Part shown: positions 25,340-38,145 of the stretch, in pieces | Position numbering within the stretch: position 1 is the first letter of the stretch | Layout of the letters: each line of letters opens with the position of its first letter | Assembly (NCBI GenBank): GCA_030390025.1 | Contig: CM059432.1 | Location: 65,598,001-65,662,000 of the forward strand | Direction: 5' to 3' | From: Squalus acanthias | Lineage: Eukaryota | Length of the DNA: 64,000 nucleotides | The notes under the pieces: generated by a model | What the model was told of the DNA's origin: nothing | The model's database searches: none | Seen by the model: the letters and a program-made list of their open reading frames with translations, nothing else | Position numbers and translations under genes: made by a program

Positions 25340-27000
25340 TACTGTTCTGGGAATAATAAAGCAGCTAGTCCTGGTCTACATTATCGAGTCCATTTAGAAT
25401 TTTAAAAACAGCAATCACCTCACTCCTCAAGCTTCTCTTCTCCAGTGAGAAAATGCATAACCGCTCCTCATTATCCAATCCCTCCTTTCTCTCAATCACT
25501 CTGGTTGCTCTCCTCTCTATCCTTACAATGCTCTTTATGTACTGCAGCAACCAAAACTGTACACAGTATTCCAAGTGCTTTTGCACCAGTCATTTATAAA
25601 GTGGCAGGATTTCTTCACTATTGCGACTCAATATTGACTTTTAATACATCCCAACATTTTATTTGACATACTGCCCGAGCATTATTACAATAGCTTCAAT
25701 TTGTTGTCAATCAGGATCTGTTTTATTTTCCAGATATATTATTTTCGTTCCATTTAAATAATAATCCCTTCTTGAATTTTTTGTGCGCGTGAAGCACTTT
25801 GCATATTGAATTTCATCTGCCATTTACCTGCCTAATTCCCAAGTATGTTCATATCCTCCTGTAGTTTAACCTGTTCAGCTTTGCCATCCACCACCTTCAT
25901 CAGCTTTGAATTATCTGCAGATTTAGCCACTGCACTTGTGACTCCCTAGCTCCAGATCATTTCGGAAGATGTTAAACAAAACAGGCCCCTACAGAACCCC
26001 ACTATTAACATTCCCCCAGCCTGATGACAATCCCTGGACCAGTACCCTTTGGGTTCTACTGGTCTATCTGTTGCAAGATCTTTCCGCTGATTCCTGCTTT
26101 CTTTATTTTATTACCAGCCTCTCCAGAGGAATTGTATCAAAGCCCTTACTGAAATCTAAACAGACAACATCCACTGCCTTGCCCTTGTCAAGCTCCTTTG
26201 TCACACCCACAAAGAAAACCATTAGATTTGATTGACAAGCCTTTACACTTCATGAACTTATATTGGCTATCTCTTATGATTTTATTTCTGTCCAGATGTT
26301 CCATGATCTTTTTTTTTTAAATCGGGCGCTCCCTAACTTTACCCACAATGGACATCAAACTCACTGGACACTGTTCCTGCATCACCTTTGCTACCATTGC
26401 AAAAAAAAATAGGAGCAACAAATGGCTTTCTCCAGGCCCCATACTCCTCTCCAGTATTCTGTGATTTCTGGCCGATTTGTGCCAGAGTTCCTGCAATTTC
26501 CTCCCTTAGTTCCGTAAGGATCCTCGATGCATCTTATCCAGCCCCTGAGATTTATTCACTTTAATTTGCACAGCTGTTCAGCAATCAAGTTGGTAGTAAT
26601 GTGAATTGTGTCATAACTTAACTCTGCAACATTCTCAAGTTGCATTTCCAGATCAGATAAGTTACTTGTCTTCTCCTTAGTAAAAACTGAAGCACAAACT
26701 GTGTAGTATCATTTGTCTTGTACTCACTGGATCCCACATTCAGAGGCCCCACTCTAATGCTCATTTTTATTTTTCTCTTAATATAACTAAAAATATTATT
26801 ATTATCCTTCACTTCAATTGCCATTTTCAATTCAAAATTTTTGTTTGACATTCTATTGCCAGTTTTATAAACCTGGCATGGCTTTTGTTATTGAATCCAT
26901 CTTAATTCTGTGCCATATTCCTTTATGGCCTTAAATGCCTTTTTCCCTCTTTATGAGTTGCTTAGTTGTCCTGTCCAACCAATCTTGGCACCTTTGCTTT
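25340..27000 (-). mobile_element. Old degenerate CR1 ORF2
   Basis: HLEYCVQFW, SLEKRSLR, FSYIKRK...VGPL remnants. Confidence 0.85.
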
Positions 27001-27039
27001 GAATGTGCACACATAGTTTATTCTGAATGCAATGGACCA

Positions 27040-27200
27040 AACTGAAGGAACTCCATGGTTCCTCCAATCTCAGCCTTGTGCGTAAAACCTTCCTTGGCAT
27101 CAGCCCACCCTACCTCTTTAACCTCTTCCATCTTTACAACCTCCTCCAAGCTCTGCTCCTCTGTCTCTGGCCTCGTGCATCCCTCCTCCCTCCTGCCATA
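27040..27200 (+). mobile_element. L2 3' fragment
   Basis: ELHGS...FLGISPPYL; homologous to 21500-21680. Confidence 0.65.
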
Positions 27201-28207
27201 ACTCCAGTGGGAGTAAAGCAGAAGGCCCCAGAAATGGGCCAGATAAACCAGGTCCCAGGCATTGCTGCGAGATTCTGGGGGTACATTTTCTGGGGCAGAA
27301 CCTCTGTCTGCCCAGAGCATGTTCTCCCACAGCAGAGGGGATGAGGTTGGGGCTGGGGACAGGGACTCAGAATGCTGGGAGTTCCTGCTTCCCTGACCTT
27401 AGTAGGACCTGGCATAAAGTTGGGGAGGAAAGTAAGCTGAATGAGATGAGCAATACCAGCCTGCAGAAGGGCACAAGTGGGCCAGGGAGGCAGCTAATTT
27501 CCCTGAAGAACAGGTAGATTAAAAAATATGTATTATCGCCCCCTTTACAAAGGAAGCAAATGGGACACAGCAGGAATTGCTAGGCTGTGTAGGCTGGCGA
27601 GTGCCCGAGATGTGCCCATAGTAGATGGCGAGTAGATGGGGCATGGGCCAGCCCATGTAACTTAGTTTCATCCCATTGACCCCAGTGCTGGAATATTATG
27701 ATACTAAAAATATAACAAAAGGAAAATCCACACAAAACAAATAGAAAACATGTCGGAAAAGTGCCCATTAATTTCCTCAAAGAGTGCCTTCGAGATTTGT
27801 AGACTTACTGACGGCCTGAAATGTGCCTAAAATAGAGTTTTTAGCTTGAAAGCTACCTATCAAAATGGAGTTAAGCTGTTAAACTGAAATGCTTGCATGC
27901 GCCTGGAAAATAAGTCTTCTTAGCTAGTTCAAACTATGGAAGTTCAGGGGTAATTAGACCATGAAATCTCTACGTTAATTACACCAGGAAGATTTATGCA
28001 GACATAAGACATTCCTTCATGACATCATAAAAATCATTTGGAAAACTCCAGCCACTTAGATAACACTTAATGGAATGTAAAGGTGTCACATCTCCCCATT
28101 TGTGTGGAAACCTATTGAGAAATGTAAGGCGAATAGAGAGAAAGGCAATAAAACCGTAGACACAGATTGTATCTTGCTAGGGTGAGGTCGTGCTCCAGTG
28201 ACTCAGT

Positions 28208-28990
28208 GGCCCTGAATTTGTGGTCAGCAGTGAAGCAAAGGCATTCGCTGCTGGCCCCGAAGTACACTTCACATAAGAATCTCGTGGTCCCTGTGTCGAG
28301 AACTTCGGGTTTTTCGACCTTCAATTCAAATCAACGGAGGTTAGTGGGGATCCCCTTGTGCGAACTTCTGTGACGTCAACAGGTTGTCTAGGCAGCCAAT
28401 CAAAAGGCAGAATTCTCACAGACAGCAAACAAGGAAGTAAGTAAGCTCTTAAGATTCTAACTTTTTAAAAATGTTCGAGAGAGCAAAACAAAGATTGGGG
28501 CCCTCACATGGGGAAATGGCAAACCTGAAATAAAGATGGACAAACTTTAAAAAAAAATGTTTTTCGAAAAGTTTCTTAAAAATGTTAATTTTTATAAAAA
28601 TGGACAAATTTCACACTACACAAAATTAAAATTAGTTTTCCAGGCCCTTAACATTTGTTTAGCAGTAATAACGCTGTCAAAACCCCAGTTACACCTAATC
28701 CCTTTGGGTCTAACTTTTAGTGAGGAATTTAACAGCGTACTTACTGCAGAAGAGCCGAAGTTTGTGTCAGTTTCCCTGATTTGAGAGATTACACTGATTG
28801 CCGGCTTTGGGAAGTGGGGGTGGGTGTCTATTGCGCAGCCTATTTCGGAGCTGTCAATGACAGACCGCAACTTCAGGATTTCCGTATGCGCCTGAACATG
28901 CACCAAATCCCAAAGTTGCGGTCAGTTTCAAAGGCGGAATGACGGTGAACGCTGACAGTTTGCCATCATCCCAACTGCAAATTCCGGGCC
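28208..28990. mobile_element. Harbinger-type MITE
   Basis: AGT|GGCCCTGAATTTG ... CAAATTCCGGGCC|AAT. Confidence 0.8.
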
Positions 28991-29185
28991 AATGACTCCA
29001 TATTTATCATGTTTGATTGGCAGAAAGGGAGGGGGGCGGTGTGAGACCTTGTGGCATAGGTGTCATGTGATTGGTTAAGTGAATGTAGGGAGATTGCCCT
29101 TTGAAAGTAACATACAAGATAGAGGGCTCTCACACCCCTCCAGTGTAGTAGCAATCTGCAGGAAAGTGGAGTAGCAAGAGTCATG

Positions 29186-29482
29186 GGCATAGAAATTCCT
29201 TACCTTAGCACGACACATTAGTGCTGTAATCGTGGCGAAAAATGGTGGCCGCCACTCTAGCACCCTTCTCTGGTGTGGGACTCAGCAGCTGCCATTTTGG
29301 TACGGGCCGTAGCGCTGCTGATAGCAGCGCTGGCCCTGGAGATGTAACGTCACCTCCTCGACCATTGACCTTAGCACTAATTAGTCCCCAGCACCAATTT
29401 TTCGGTCCTGCCAGCGTCACCATTTTCGACGGCCATTAACACCCGCCCGGCAGCTTTGGTGACGTTCATTAATTTCTAGGCC
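29186..29482. mobile_element. Harbinger-type MITE
   Basis: ATG|GGCATAGAAATT ... AATTTCTAGGCC|AAG; internal inverted repeats such as AAAATGGTGGC / GCCATTTT. Confidence 0.75.
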
Positions 29483-30064
29483 AAGGTTCTTTGTCCTGGT
29501 TAGAGGTGGACTCCTGGAGATACTGTTTGCTTTGTTAGTTAGGAGATTCTTTTATATTTTCTAGTCTCCTTTAAGCAACTTTTACCTAGTAGATTTAAAA
29601 AGGGCACTTTTACAAGTGCATTGAGGACAGATAGCGAGTTAATTAAAGTGAAATTAGGCAGCTATAGCAGACAGTTACAGGCAGAGATAAGAGTGTAGCT
29701 TAATTGCAAGTAGTCTGAGCTTGAGAAATGTGAGAGTGAAGCCAGTTCGGATAGCGTCGCTCGTGTGTAAGCTGGGTTCAGCTGGAACCGAAGTTCCAAG
29801 TGGAATAGATAACCCCACTGCCAAAAGGGGCTTGTCGATTTGAAGCTCCATAAGTTAACACCTACATCCCAGGAACTCAACCACAGCACTCATAAGGAAG
29901 ATGTCGTGTGAGCTCCGATACAGGGTTTGCTACCAATATCTAGATAATAATCTGTCCAATAGACTGACTATTCAAACATGACAGCTATCTAGGGACTTAA
30001 CACTAAACTAACCTCACCAATTGTAATAAGTTCAAACTCTGATCATTGCTATAATTAATATTCT

Positions 30065-31383
30065 GGCCGCGATTTTACGAATCTCGGCAGGTCCGTGGCA
30101 GGCGATGTTGGTGGCGGGTCCCGACCCCGCTGCTGGCTCCATCTGAAATGAATTTCCCCTGATTGGGCTCGTTAAGCCAGCCCAGCGTGTTTGCCGGCCA
30201 ATTAGAGGAAGCGGTTGCATCATCAGCCGGTTTCCTTAAAGGGACCATGGCCAAATTGATTTTGACATTTGTGCTGACAGTGTTCTACAGTGTGCTGCAA
30301 ATACTGACAAGCACTGCACAGAGGTGCAGAGCTGCACCCAAGCTCTCCTAAGACTCCCTCTATATGCGGAAGAGACCTCCCAGGAGATCAACACAGCCTG
30401 GTTGCACATTGCAGAGGAGGGCACAAGCAGGGATGTGGTCAGGGTGCAGTGCCGCAAACATTTTAATGATCTCAGTAAATCACAAAATGTTAGTACAAAG
30501 CCACACTCAACCTCATCCTGCTGTGCCTTTCATCACATTTCCATCACTCTGCCTTCCCTACCCTACTCCTGCACATCCTTACTCACACCAACTTACCTTG
30601 CACCTCCACCCATCCCTCTCTATCTACAATCTTCATATCCCCATCTCACTAGCCACTCCTCATCCTAGTCCAATCATACCAACTAACAACACACAAGGGT
30701 AGGCACTTGGGTGTTTTATCCAATGTTCATATAAAGTTTCTGTTAATGTGCTGTCAAACGCTGAAAACTTTATTTTCAACACTTTGCGTTCTTGGACAGA
30801 TGTGTGTGTACCTTTGGAAATGGCTTAGTGAGTTGCAGTGAATAGTGAGACATAACGGTACACCCCGCAATGGTCATGAGTGTGAAAGGAATGGCTTGGG
30901 CATTGTAGGGATGCTTTATGGTGTTGGTGTGGGATGGGGTGGTGCCAACCTGGTGCATCATGTGGCAGCCAGGGTGTACAATGTCAAGTGAAGTAAATCT
31001 GGCCATGGTGAAGCCATCCATGGCCTCCCGGACAGCAATGTGGTCGGGTGCTGATGCCCTGTGTCATGTGCAACATCAGTTGATTGTGGAGAAGTTTGGT
31101 GTTGTTGTTGGTGCTGCTGGTGTGCCTGGTGATGCTGGTGTTGGGGCTGATCATGGTCAGATTCTGAGGACCAAGGTGAGGGAATTTCAAGGGCACCCAT
31201 ACTGATGGAATAGATGGCAGGTGAAGTAGAGATGACAGAAGCGATCTGTCACTGGCAGTAATCCAGCCAAAACCCTGCCATGCATAATGAATAACCTCCT
31301 ACTCCGGGAAATAGGTTGGGATGGATCCAGAGGGACGAGTGGAATTCCCTCCCATCCCACCCTCCCCCCTAGAACTGCACCCC
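30065..31383. mobile_element. Internally deleted Harbinger (Myb exon 1 on +; transposase N- and C-termini fused on -)
   Basis: AWLHIAEEGTSRDVVRVQCRKHFNDL at ~30395-30475; MGALEIPSPWSSES...HQH (from 31200) joined to HIAVREA...MARFT. Homologous to 55450-55625 and 56650-56700. Confidence 0.85.
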
Positions 31384-32315
31384 GAAGAAGAGAAACCGAG
31401 CACTTATGTTTTACAATGTATGCTGCCCCTGTCCTTATAAAACAGCACCTTCTCTGACTTACTGTGGAGTAATGCCTTAGAAGATTCACTAATATTTGAA
31501 ACAATCAAAAAAAACATGGGATATCATTACAACAAACTGAAAATCGGAGTACAAAATCCTAGATTTTTTTTCCTGACAGAGTGGTGCTGGAGCGAGATGC
31601 AGAATCCCACAGCACCAGTTTTATGAAAGGAATGCACATCCTTGCCGCCAATCCCATAGCTTCATTGAGAGCAGTGATGATGCATCCCCAGAGACCTTTT
31701 TAATGAGTCAGGAAAAGGTTTGAAACCATGGCAGTGGCAACAGTGGGAGTTCTAATGGGGAGAATGGGATAAGCAAAACATAAGAGTAAAGGAATCACTT
31801 AGTGGAAGTACCCACAATTTCTTCAAGATGAACAGAATGGCAGGCTTCACTGTATAATTAGAAACTTAAAAGAACAAAGGTCCTTATAAAGCAATTCTCA
31901 ATGTTCATTCATTTGGGCAGATACTGTAGTGAAAGACCAATTCATTCCATTTGACCCTATTTAGTTAACCTGTCAAAATCAAATATGGGCAAAGATACAA
32001 CATTCATCAGTGCATATTAGTTTGAATGTTATGTATTGCCAGAATTTGGAAAACAGTTCCATTCCTTGTATAGGTTGTACAAGCAGGGCATTCAGATTCT
32101 TGCTATGAAAATGTGTACGAAGCAGAGATGAGACAAATAGATTCGGAGTATGATTTGAATATTTGGCCCAAAAGCATGGGATTGAATAGATAATTTTTCA
32201 AGTGTGCATCTGATGAAATAAAAATTAAAAGTATATTTCTTTAAGAGGAATGCTCATAAATTTCCCCAAGACTGAAAGAGCACTCTGCCCATAAGATTTC
32301 TTCTAATGTTATAAT

Positions 32316-33077
32316 GGCCCGAAAATTAAACCTAATACGCGAGAGTACGCACTGTGTACTCTCGCGTATTAGATCCCGAATTGCCGGTTTCCTGCATGCA
32401 CTGCGCATGCGCGGGAAGCCGGCACTTCGTGAATTGAAAAGGGGGCGGTTCCTAAGTGAACCACGTGCGCGCTACAGGCTGCGCGCACGCAGTGCACTTA
32501 GTTATTTTTTCAGCTTTGAACGCGCAGGTAAGTGGTGAAGATTTTACACATAAAGAAAGCAGGCGTAGGACACCCTTTTAACAAGGTAAGTAGTTAATTA
32601 AGTGTTATTTAACATTTTTTCAACAGGTTTATCTTTTTTAGAGACTTTAAAGAAAGGTAAGTTTATTTTTATAACTTTTAAAAAGATTTTAAATTTTTTC
32701 AAAAATTTAATTTTTTGTTTAAAGTGGTTAATTTATTTAACTATACTTATTTTATTAATGTGATGGCTTTTTTTTAATTTAATTGAGGTTTAGCTGTTCT
32801 TTTGGGGGTGTGTAGTATTCATAGCTTTGACAGGTATTCCTGTCAAAACTATGAATGAAAGATGGTGTGCTGCCATTGGCTCTAACTGAATCACGTGATC
32901 CCAGAGCTCGCACGAACTAATTGCGTCTCTGGGTCACGCAAGCACTGCACGGTTCCAAGAGAGAGAGCCTTTCAAACTAAAGTTCGTGTGGGCCCGGAGC
33001 AAAAAGGTAGGCGCGGAGTGCGATATCGCGGGGAATCCTTACCCCCGCGGGAACCCTCACTGTTTAATTTCTGGGCC
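32316..33077. mobile_element. Harbinger-type MITE, inverted sister of 11814-12557
   Basis: GGCCCGAAAATTAAAC ... GTTTAATTTCTGGGCC; colinear reverse complement of 11814-12557. Confidence 0.9.
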
Positions 33078-33394
33078 ATCGTCATGTGCATTACCAACAT
33101 GCACTGAAAGAACGTAATTGTGGAAAAGGGTTCTGAACTGGCTGTAAGATTCAAATCTGTATGGTAGCTCCTCAATCCATCATTTGTTGTTGATCCTTGC
33201 TATCAGAGGGCAATCCCAGGAGATGGTTGGTGATACAGCATTATTATTCTAACAGGTCAGAGCAGTCAGAGTATTTCTCAGGTTTAGGGGTTGTGTTCTG
33301 TGAAGATCACACTTTCAAAACCCTCTGAAAATATTTTTAATGTGTTTGCATTTGTCAGGGTTTTTATGCTCCACATCATTTTTCTATCTTTACA

Positions 33395-33440
33395 AGACAG
33401 GGACTTCTCACTTACAGACAGGGACTTCTCACTGACAGAC
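33395..33440. repeat. 21-bp tandem duplication
   Basis: AGACAGGGACTTCTCACT at 33395 and 33416. Confidence 0.9.
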
Positions 33441-33689
33441 AAAAAATGTTTTAGAATGTTAAAGCTTTAAAGATCTAATTGCGATATTTATTCTGCAACC
33501 GTGAGAAGTTCCTGATTTTCTATAGGGTAACTGATAAATGGTGAGTAGTATGAAAGTTCATTTCCGGTTGGAAAATCTTTCTGTAATAGAAGCTATTCAT
33601 CACATTCTGTTCAACAAGATCACATGATGTACAAAAGGAAAAAGATGACTCAGCCCATCCTAATTCATCCTTCCGAAAAAAAAACTTAA

Positions 33690-33800
33690 TAAAAGAAAGA
33701 CTTGCGTTTATGTAGCGCCTTTCACAACCACCGGACATCTCAAAGCACTTTACAGCCAATGAAGTGCTTTTGAAGTGCAGTCACTGTTGTAATGTAGGAA
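33690..33800 (-). mobile_element. SINE 3' tail (L2-like), within an old CR1 3' remnant
   Basis: Reverse complement CTGTAAAGTGCTTTGAGATGTCC...AAAGGCGCTACATAAACGCAAGTCTTTCTTT. Confidence 0.75.
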
Positions 33801-33845
33801 TAGTTCCCTCATTACTGAATACAACTGCTTCCTAAATGATTCCAG

Positions 33846-34568
33846 GGGGAATAAATTGGTTGCTTTGCGCCTCCCGTTAGTGCCCCATGGGGGCACTAAC
33901 AGGGCGGAAGGCTACTAGTGCCCGGGCGTGGAGCCGCTAACGCCTCCCGTGAAATTCACCGGGAGGTTAGCGGCGGCGGTAGCTGGTAGTGCCTCGCGGC
34001 GCTGTGCCTCCGGCGATGACGTCACCCGCTCGTGCCCCAGGCCGTAAACTTGGCTTGCACACCCTGACCTACCGCCGGATGCTATGTCCAACAGCGTCAG
34101 GGTGGAGTTTTTGCAGCCGGCATGGCGCTAATTATAAGGCAGGTGTTGGGTGGACATTTTTTTTGGGCCGCCTGCTAGCACCTGCCCCCTCTGGCCTCCT
34201 CCTGCGGGGTGCCGGCTGCGATCCATCAGCCCGACAGTCCTCTTGAGTGCCAGGCTCTTTTGCCGGCACCCCTGCTCCCTGGTGATCCAGCAGGGCCCCG
34301 GTGCGCGCTGTGCTAGGCCCCTCCCCTTTAATCAGGGGAGGGAGGACTGCAGTACCGCGGCGCTACAAGCCGGCGTGCATGGCGCTGCTGCACATAGCAC
34401 CGCGATATTCAATGTGAGCGCCCCAAGAGGGAGGGGGAGCGCTTCCAGTAGTGCCCCGCCTCCTGCTTGAGGCACTACCATAGAATTCCTGGCGCGGGGG
34501 TGCTAACTTTTTCGGGGCGCTAAAAGTAGCATTATCGTCCCAAAGGGGGCGTGAACCAGTCTTCCCCC
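33846..34568. mobile_element. GC/CpG-rich MITE
   Basis: GGGGAATAAATTGGTT / AACCAGTCTTCCCCC, flanked by CAG on both sides; recurrent AGCGCCCC/GGGGCGCT-like motifs. Confidence 0.7.
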
Positions 34569-35224
34569 CAGGAGTTTTCTTCTACTACTCTTTCTGGAAG
34601 TCCATTCCATTTGTTCAAACATCCCCAAAGACCAGTGCCTGTAAACAGACTCCCAACAAATCATGATATAACATACCTTTTCTTAAAAAGTAACATATAA
34701 TGCAACTTTCTGTGAGTATTGCCGCAGGAGATCCACTAGAATATAATATAAAACTAAAATTAACATGTACTCTTCTTACCCGTCAAGTCAGTTATTGTAT
34801 CAGACCTTGGTATGATTCTTCAGGCATCATACTTAATTATAAACAAAATCCTAGACAAATTTCTTTTACACTTGTTGTTCTTTGATGATATGTAAATTTA
34901 TTCCAGCTCCATGGAAATTTCTTCAAGCTGACTAGTTTATGTACAAATTTCTTAACTGATTTACGCCTACAAATTTCTTAACTTTAAGTATAGGTTTCAC
35001 AGGAAAACTATTTACAACTGCTTATTTTTTAACTCAGAAAAGAAAGACTGCGGAGAGAGCCAGAGGGATTGATAAGTTATGTGCTTTATTTTGTTTATAC
35101 TGGAAAATGGACAAAAAATATTTACATATACATTTGTTTTTCTCAACTAAAATTGAAGCTGAAAGATGAATTTTAGAACTTATCTGAGACAAAGTTCCAC
35201 AGGAAAATTACTTCAAGGAGGGAG

Positions 35225-35279
35225 GGTTAATATTGCAAATGAAAATAAGGAAATGGCAGACTAGTTGAACAATTACTTT
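35225..35279 (+). mobile_element. CR1 ORF2 stub immediately left of the Harbinger
   Basis: ENKEMAD*LNNYF; compare NKEMADQLNKYF at ~51975-52010. Confidence 0.75.
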
Positions 35280-37835
35280 GGCTGGAATTATCATTACCTG
35301 GGCGGGTTGGGTGCGGCTGGTTGGTATGGTGGGTCGGAACCGCATTCTGCAATCATCCTGCTCCTCAAAGTGACTTTACATTAATGGCTCCTATTAAGGC
35401 AAGCCTGCGCATTTCCTGGCCCTATTAAATAGTGCGGGTCTGATGACGCCATCGATGACTCACTTCCAGCGGGGTTATTTAAAGCAGCCTTGGCCACATC
35501 GGATTTAAAGGCTCATTAAGGAGTGTGCAGGCAGTTCATATCACCACTGGATGTAGCTCAGCCTTGCAGAGATAGCTTCACAAAGACCAGGTTGCAAGCA
35601 GGTTTTCAGATGACTTCCTACATAGTCTTGTGCAGGGAGTCAGAGCACGCAGGGAGGACCTCTTCCCCGCTGATGGGTGCAAGAGACCTCCCCAGGAGAC
35701 AAAAAGAGCCTGGCTCCAAATTACAGAGGAGGTGAAAAGCAGGGATGTGGTGAGGAGGACCTGGATGCAGTGCCGGAAACGCTTCAATGATCTCATGAGA
35801 TCAGGAAGGTGAGTGCAAAGCCACACTCAACTTCATCCTGCTGTGCCTCTCATCACATCCCTGTCACTCTGCCTTCCCAAGCCTGCTCCTGCACATCATT
35901 ACTCACACCAACATACCTTGCACGTCCACCCATCCCTCTCTCTCTATCTACATACTCACATCCCCCTCTGACTAACGACCCCTCACACTCACCCTCATCC
36001 TAATGCAATCATACCAACTAACACCACATAAGGAGGCTATTGGCATTGGCACTGGCACCACACTCCCTCAGAATCACCCTCGAGAGATGTAACCCACACA
36101 TTCCTTACACTCATGCCATCACTCTGACTCAAACTTCTCTTCTTTCCCTCCTTGCAGGAGAAACGAGCGCACAATAACAGGGAGAGGGAGAGAACTGGAG
36201 GTGATCCTCCATCCTTCACCACTCTGACAGCAGCAGTGGAGGTCGCCCTGGAGGTGTCAGGAGTTGCGGAGCAGCTGACGGTGCAAGACGGAGAGAGGGG
36301 GACCTTTCAGCAACCTCCTACATCTCCTACAGCCACATGGCATAAAGCAGTCACTCATATGATGACTGATGTCAGCAGCCATTGAATGTTCATCATGTGC
36401 ATAATGGTATCGGTAGCCATTCTTAATATAACATTTCTAAATCATCTCTTTACACTCCCACAGGTCCATCAAGAGCCACCCCCACTGTCAAGCCAGAAGA
36501 GGAAGATGACTCCTCAGAGGAACCTCCAGCCTCTGAGGGTGCACCGTCACCAGACTGATGCGCACCCAGTACCAGCGCAGATATGTGCACCTCGGTGGGT
36601 CCTACGCAACATAGAGTAGTCTTGTCACCTGGTGTCTCACAAGAAGTTATGCTGAATCTTTATAAAGCATTGGTTAGGCCACAACTGGAGTATTGTGTCC
36701 AGTTCTGGTCACCACACTTTAGGAAGGATGTGAAGGCCCTTGAGAGGGTGCAGAGGAGATTTACCAGAATGGTTCTGGGGATGGGGGATCTTAGCTACAA
36801 GGACAGGTTGGAGAAGCTGGATTTATTTTCATTAGAGCAAAGGAGGTTGAGGGGTGATTTGATAGAGGTGTACAAGATTATGATGGGTTTGGATAGGCTA
36901 GACGGGGAAAGGCTGTTCCCAATAGTTGATGGTACAAGGACTAGGGGACACAGATTTAAGATTTTGGGCAAGAGATACAGGGGGGATGTAAGGAAAAACT
37001 TTTTTACGCAGTGAGTTGTGAGGACCTGGAACTCGCTGCCGAAGGAAGTGGTGGACGCGGAGACACTCAATGTTTTCAAGGGGAGACTGGATAGGCATTT
37101 GAGGGAAATAAACTTGCAGGGCTACGGGGATAGAGCGGGGGAATGGGACTGATTGGATTGCTCTACAGAGAGCCGGCACGGACTCAATGGCCTGAATGGC
37201 CTCCTTCTGTGCCGTTATGACTCGATGACTCTAGACTCAAAGTCACAAGTGAGCAAGAGGAGATGGTGGAGCCAGGGACAGCAGTAGAGACTCCACGCCG
37301 GAGGGCGCAGGACGCTCCCAGCTCTGCTCAGCTGGATCCAGACGCTCAGCCTCGGGGGCCATCCAGATAGATGGTGATCCTGGAGGTGCAGGAAGAAGTG
37401 CAGGAGGCTGTGACAGGTTTTGCGGCCGCGATGTCTGCAAATGTGCAGAGAATGGAGGAGCCCATCTCCAACATGAGCACCACCATGTTGCAGGTGATGG
37501 GGACGGTGTGCTCTTCCATGGAAAGGATGGCCACCTAATTCGCAACTCACATGAGCACGTTATCTAAAGATGGCAGAGGCTCATAGACCTCCTCTCTAGG
37601 AGCAATGTCAATGTAGACTTGGGTCTTCATCGCCCCACTACTGTGCAGCAAGATGCTCTCCAGCTCCTTGCTAGCAGGGAAGTGCGGGTGACCCATGAGA
37701 GGGATGATGGTGAGAGGGGACATGGAAGTAGGGGCTCCTCTCAAACTGCTCACACTTCTCCCCCGTAGCCTCCCCTTCAGTCAGAGCCCCACATGCTTCC
37801 TCGCTTCACGATGGCCGAGTCTGCCCCTGCACAGA
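35280..37835 (+). mobile_element. Harbinger half-element with three-exon Myb/SANT gene, interrupted by CR1
   Basis: TIR GGCTGGAATT; exon 1 RAWLQITEEVKSRDVVRRTWMQCRKRFNDLMRSG|gtgagt (35809); acceptors ending at 36157 and 36463. Confidence 0.9.
36639..37233 (+). mobile_element. CR1 3' fragment inserted in Harbinger Myb exon 3
   Basis: EVMLNLYKALVRPQLEYCVQFWSP...; tail TATGACTCGATGACTCTA. Confidence 0.95.
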
Positions 37836-37949
37836 GAGCGCCAACATGGATGTGTAAAGGGTATGTCATGTCTAATGAACCAAATAAAATTTTTTGAGGA
37901 AGTAACTAAAGTAGTAGACAGGGGAATGTCTATGGATATAGTTTATATG

Positions 37950-38145
37950 ATTGAGAGGTCGCACAACACCAGGTTATAGTCCAACAGTTTTATTTGAAAT
38001 CACAAGCTTTCGGAGCTATCGATTGCTCCTTCCTCAGGTGAAGTAAATTAGATACAGAATCGCCAAAGCATATATAGATAGAAAACAAAGCATGTGTACC
38101 TTTGTCCACCCCAGTCCAACACCGGCATCTCCGCATCATGACCAC
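37950..38145. mobile_element. Penelope pseudo-LTR mini-insertion with 5' inversion and 13-bp TSD
   Basis: TATAGTTTATATG at 37937-37949 and 38146-38158; interrupts the CR1 VYMDFQKAF motif. Confidence 0.85.
38001..38042 (-). ncRNA. Minimal type I hammerhead ribozyme motif (Penelope-type)
   Basis: Minus strand: UUCAC-CUGAGGA-A-GGAGC-AAUCGAUA-GCUCC-GAAA-GC-UU-GUG. Has the CUGANGA and GAAA cores, 5-bp stem II, palindromic stem III and CAC/GUG stem I. Confidence 0.8.

Noticed and set aside
34942..34983. 16-bp direct repeat TACAAATTTCTTAACT with a 10-bp spacer
   Set aside because: Ordinary local duplication; no element between the copies.
36632..37248. TCACAAG as TSD of the CR1 in Myb exon 3
   Set aside because: The uninterrupted sister (~57795-57815) already has a TCACA repeat there, so the TSD cannot be defined.
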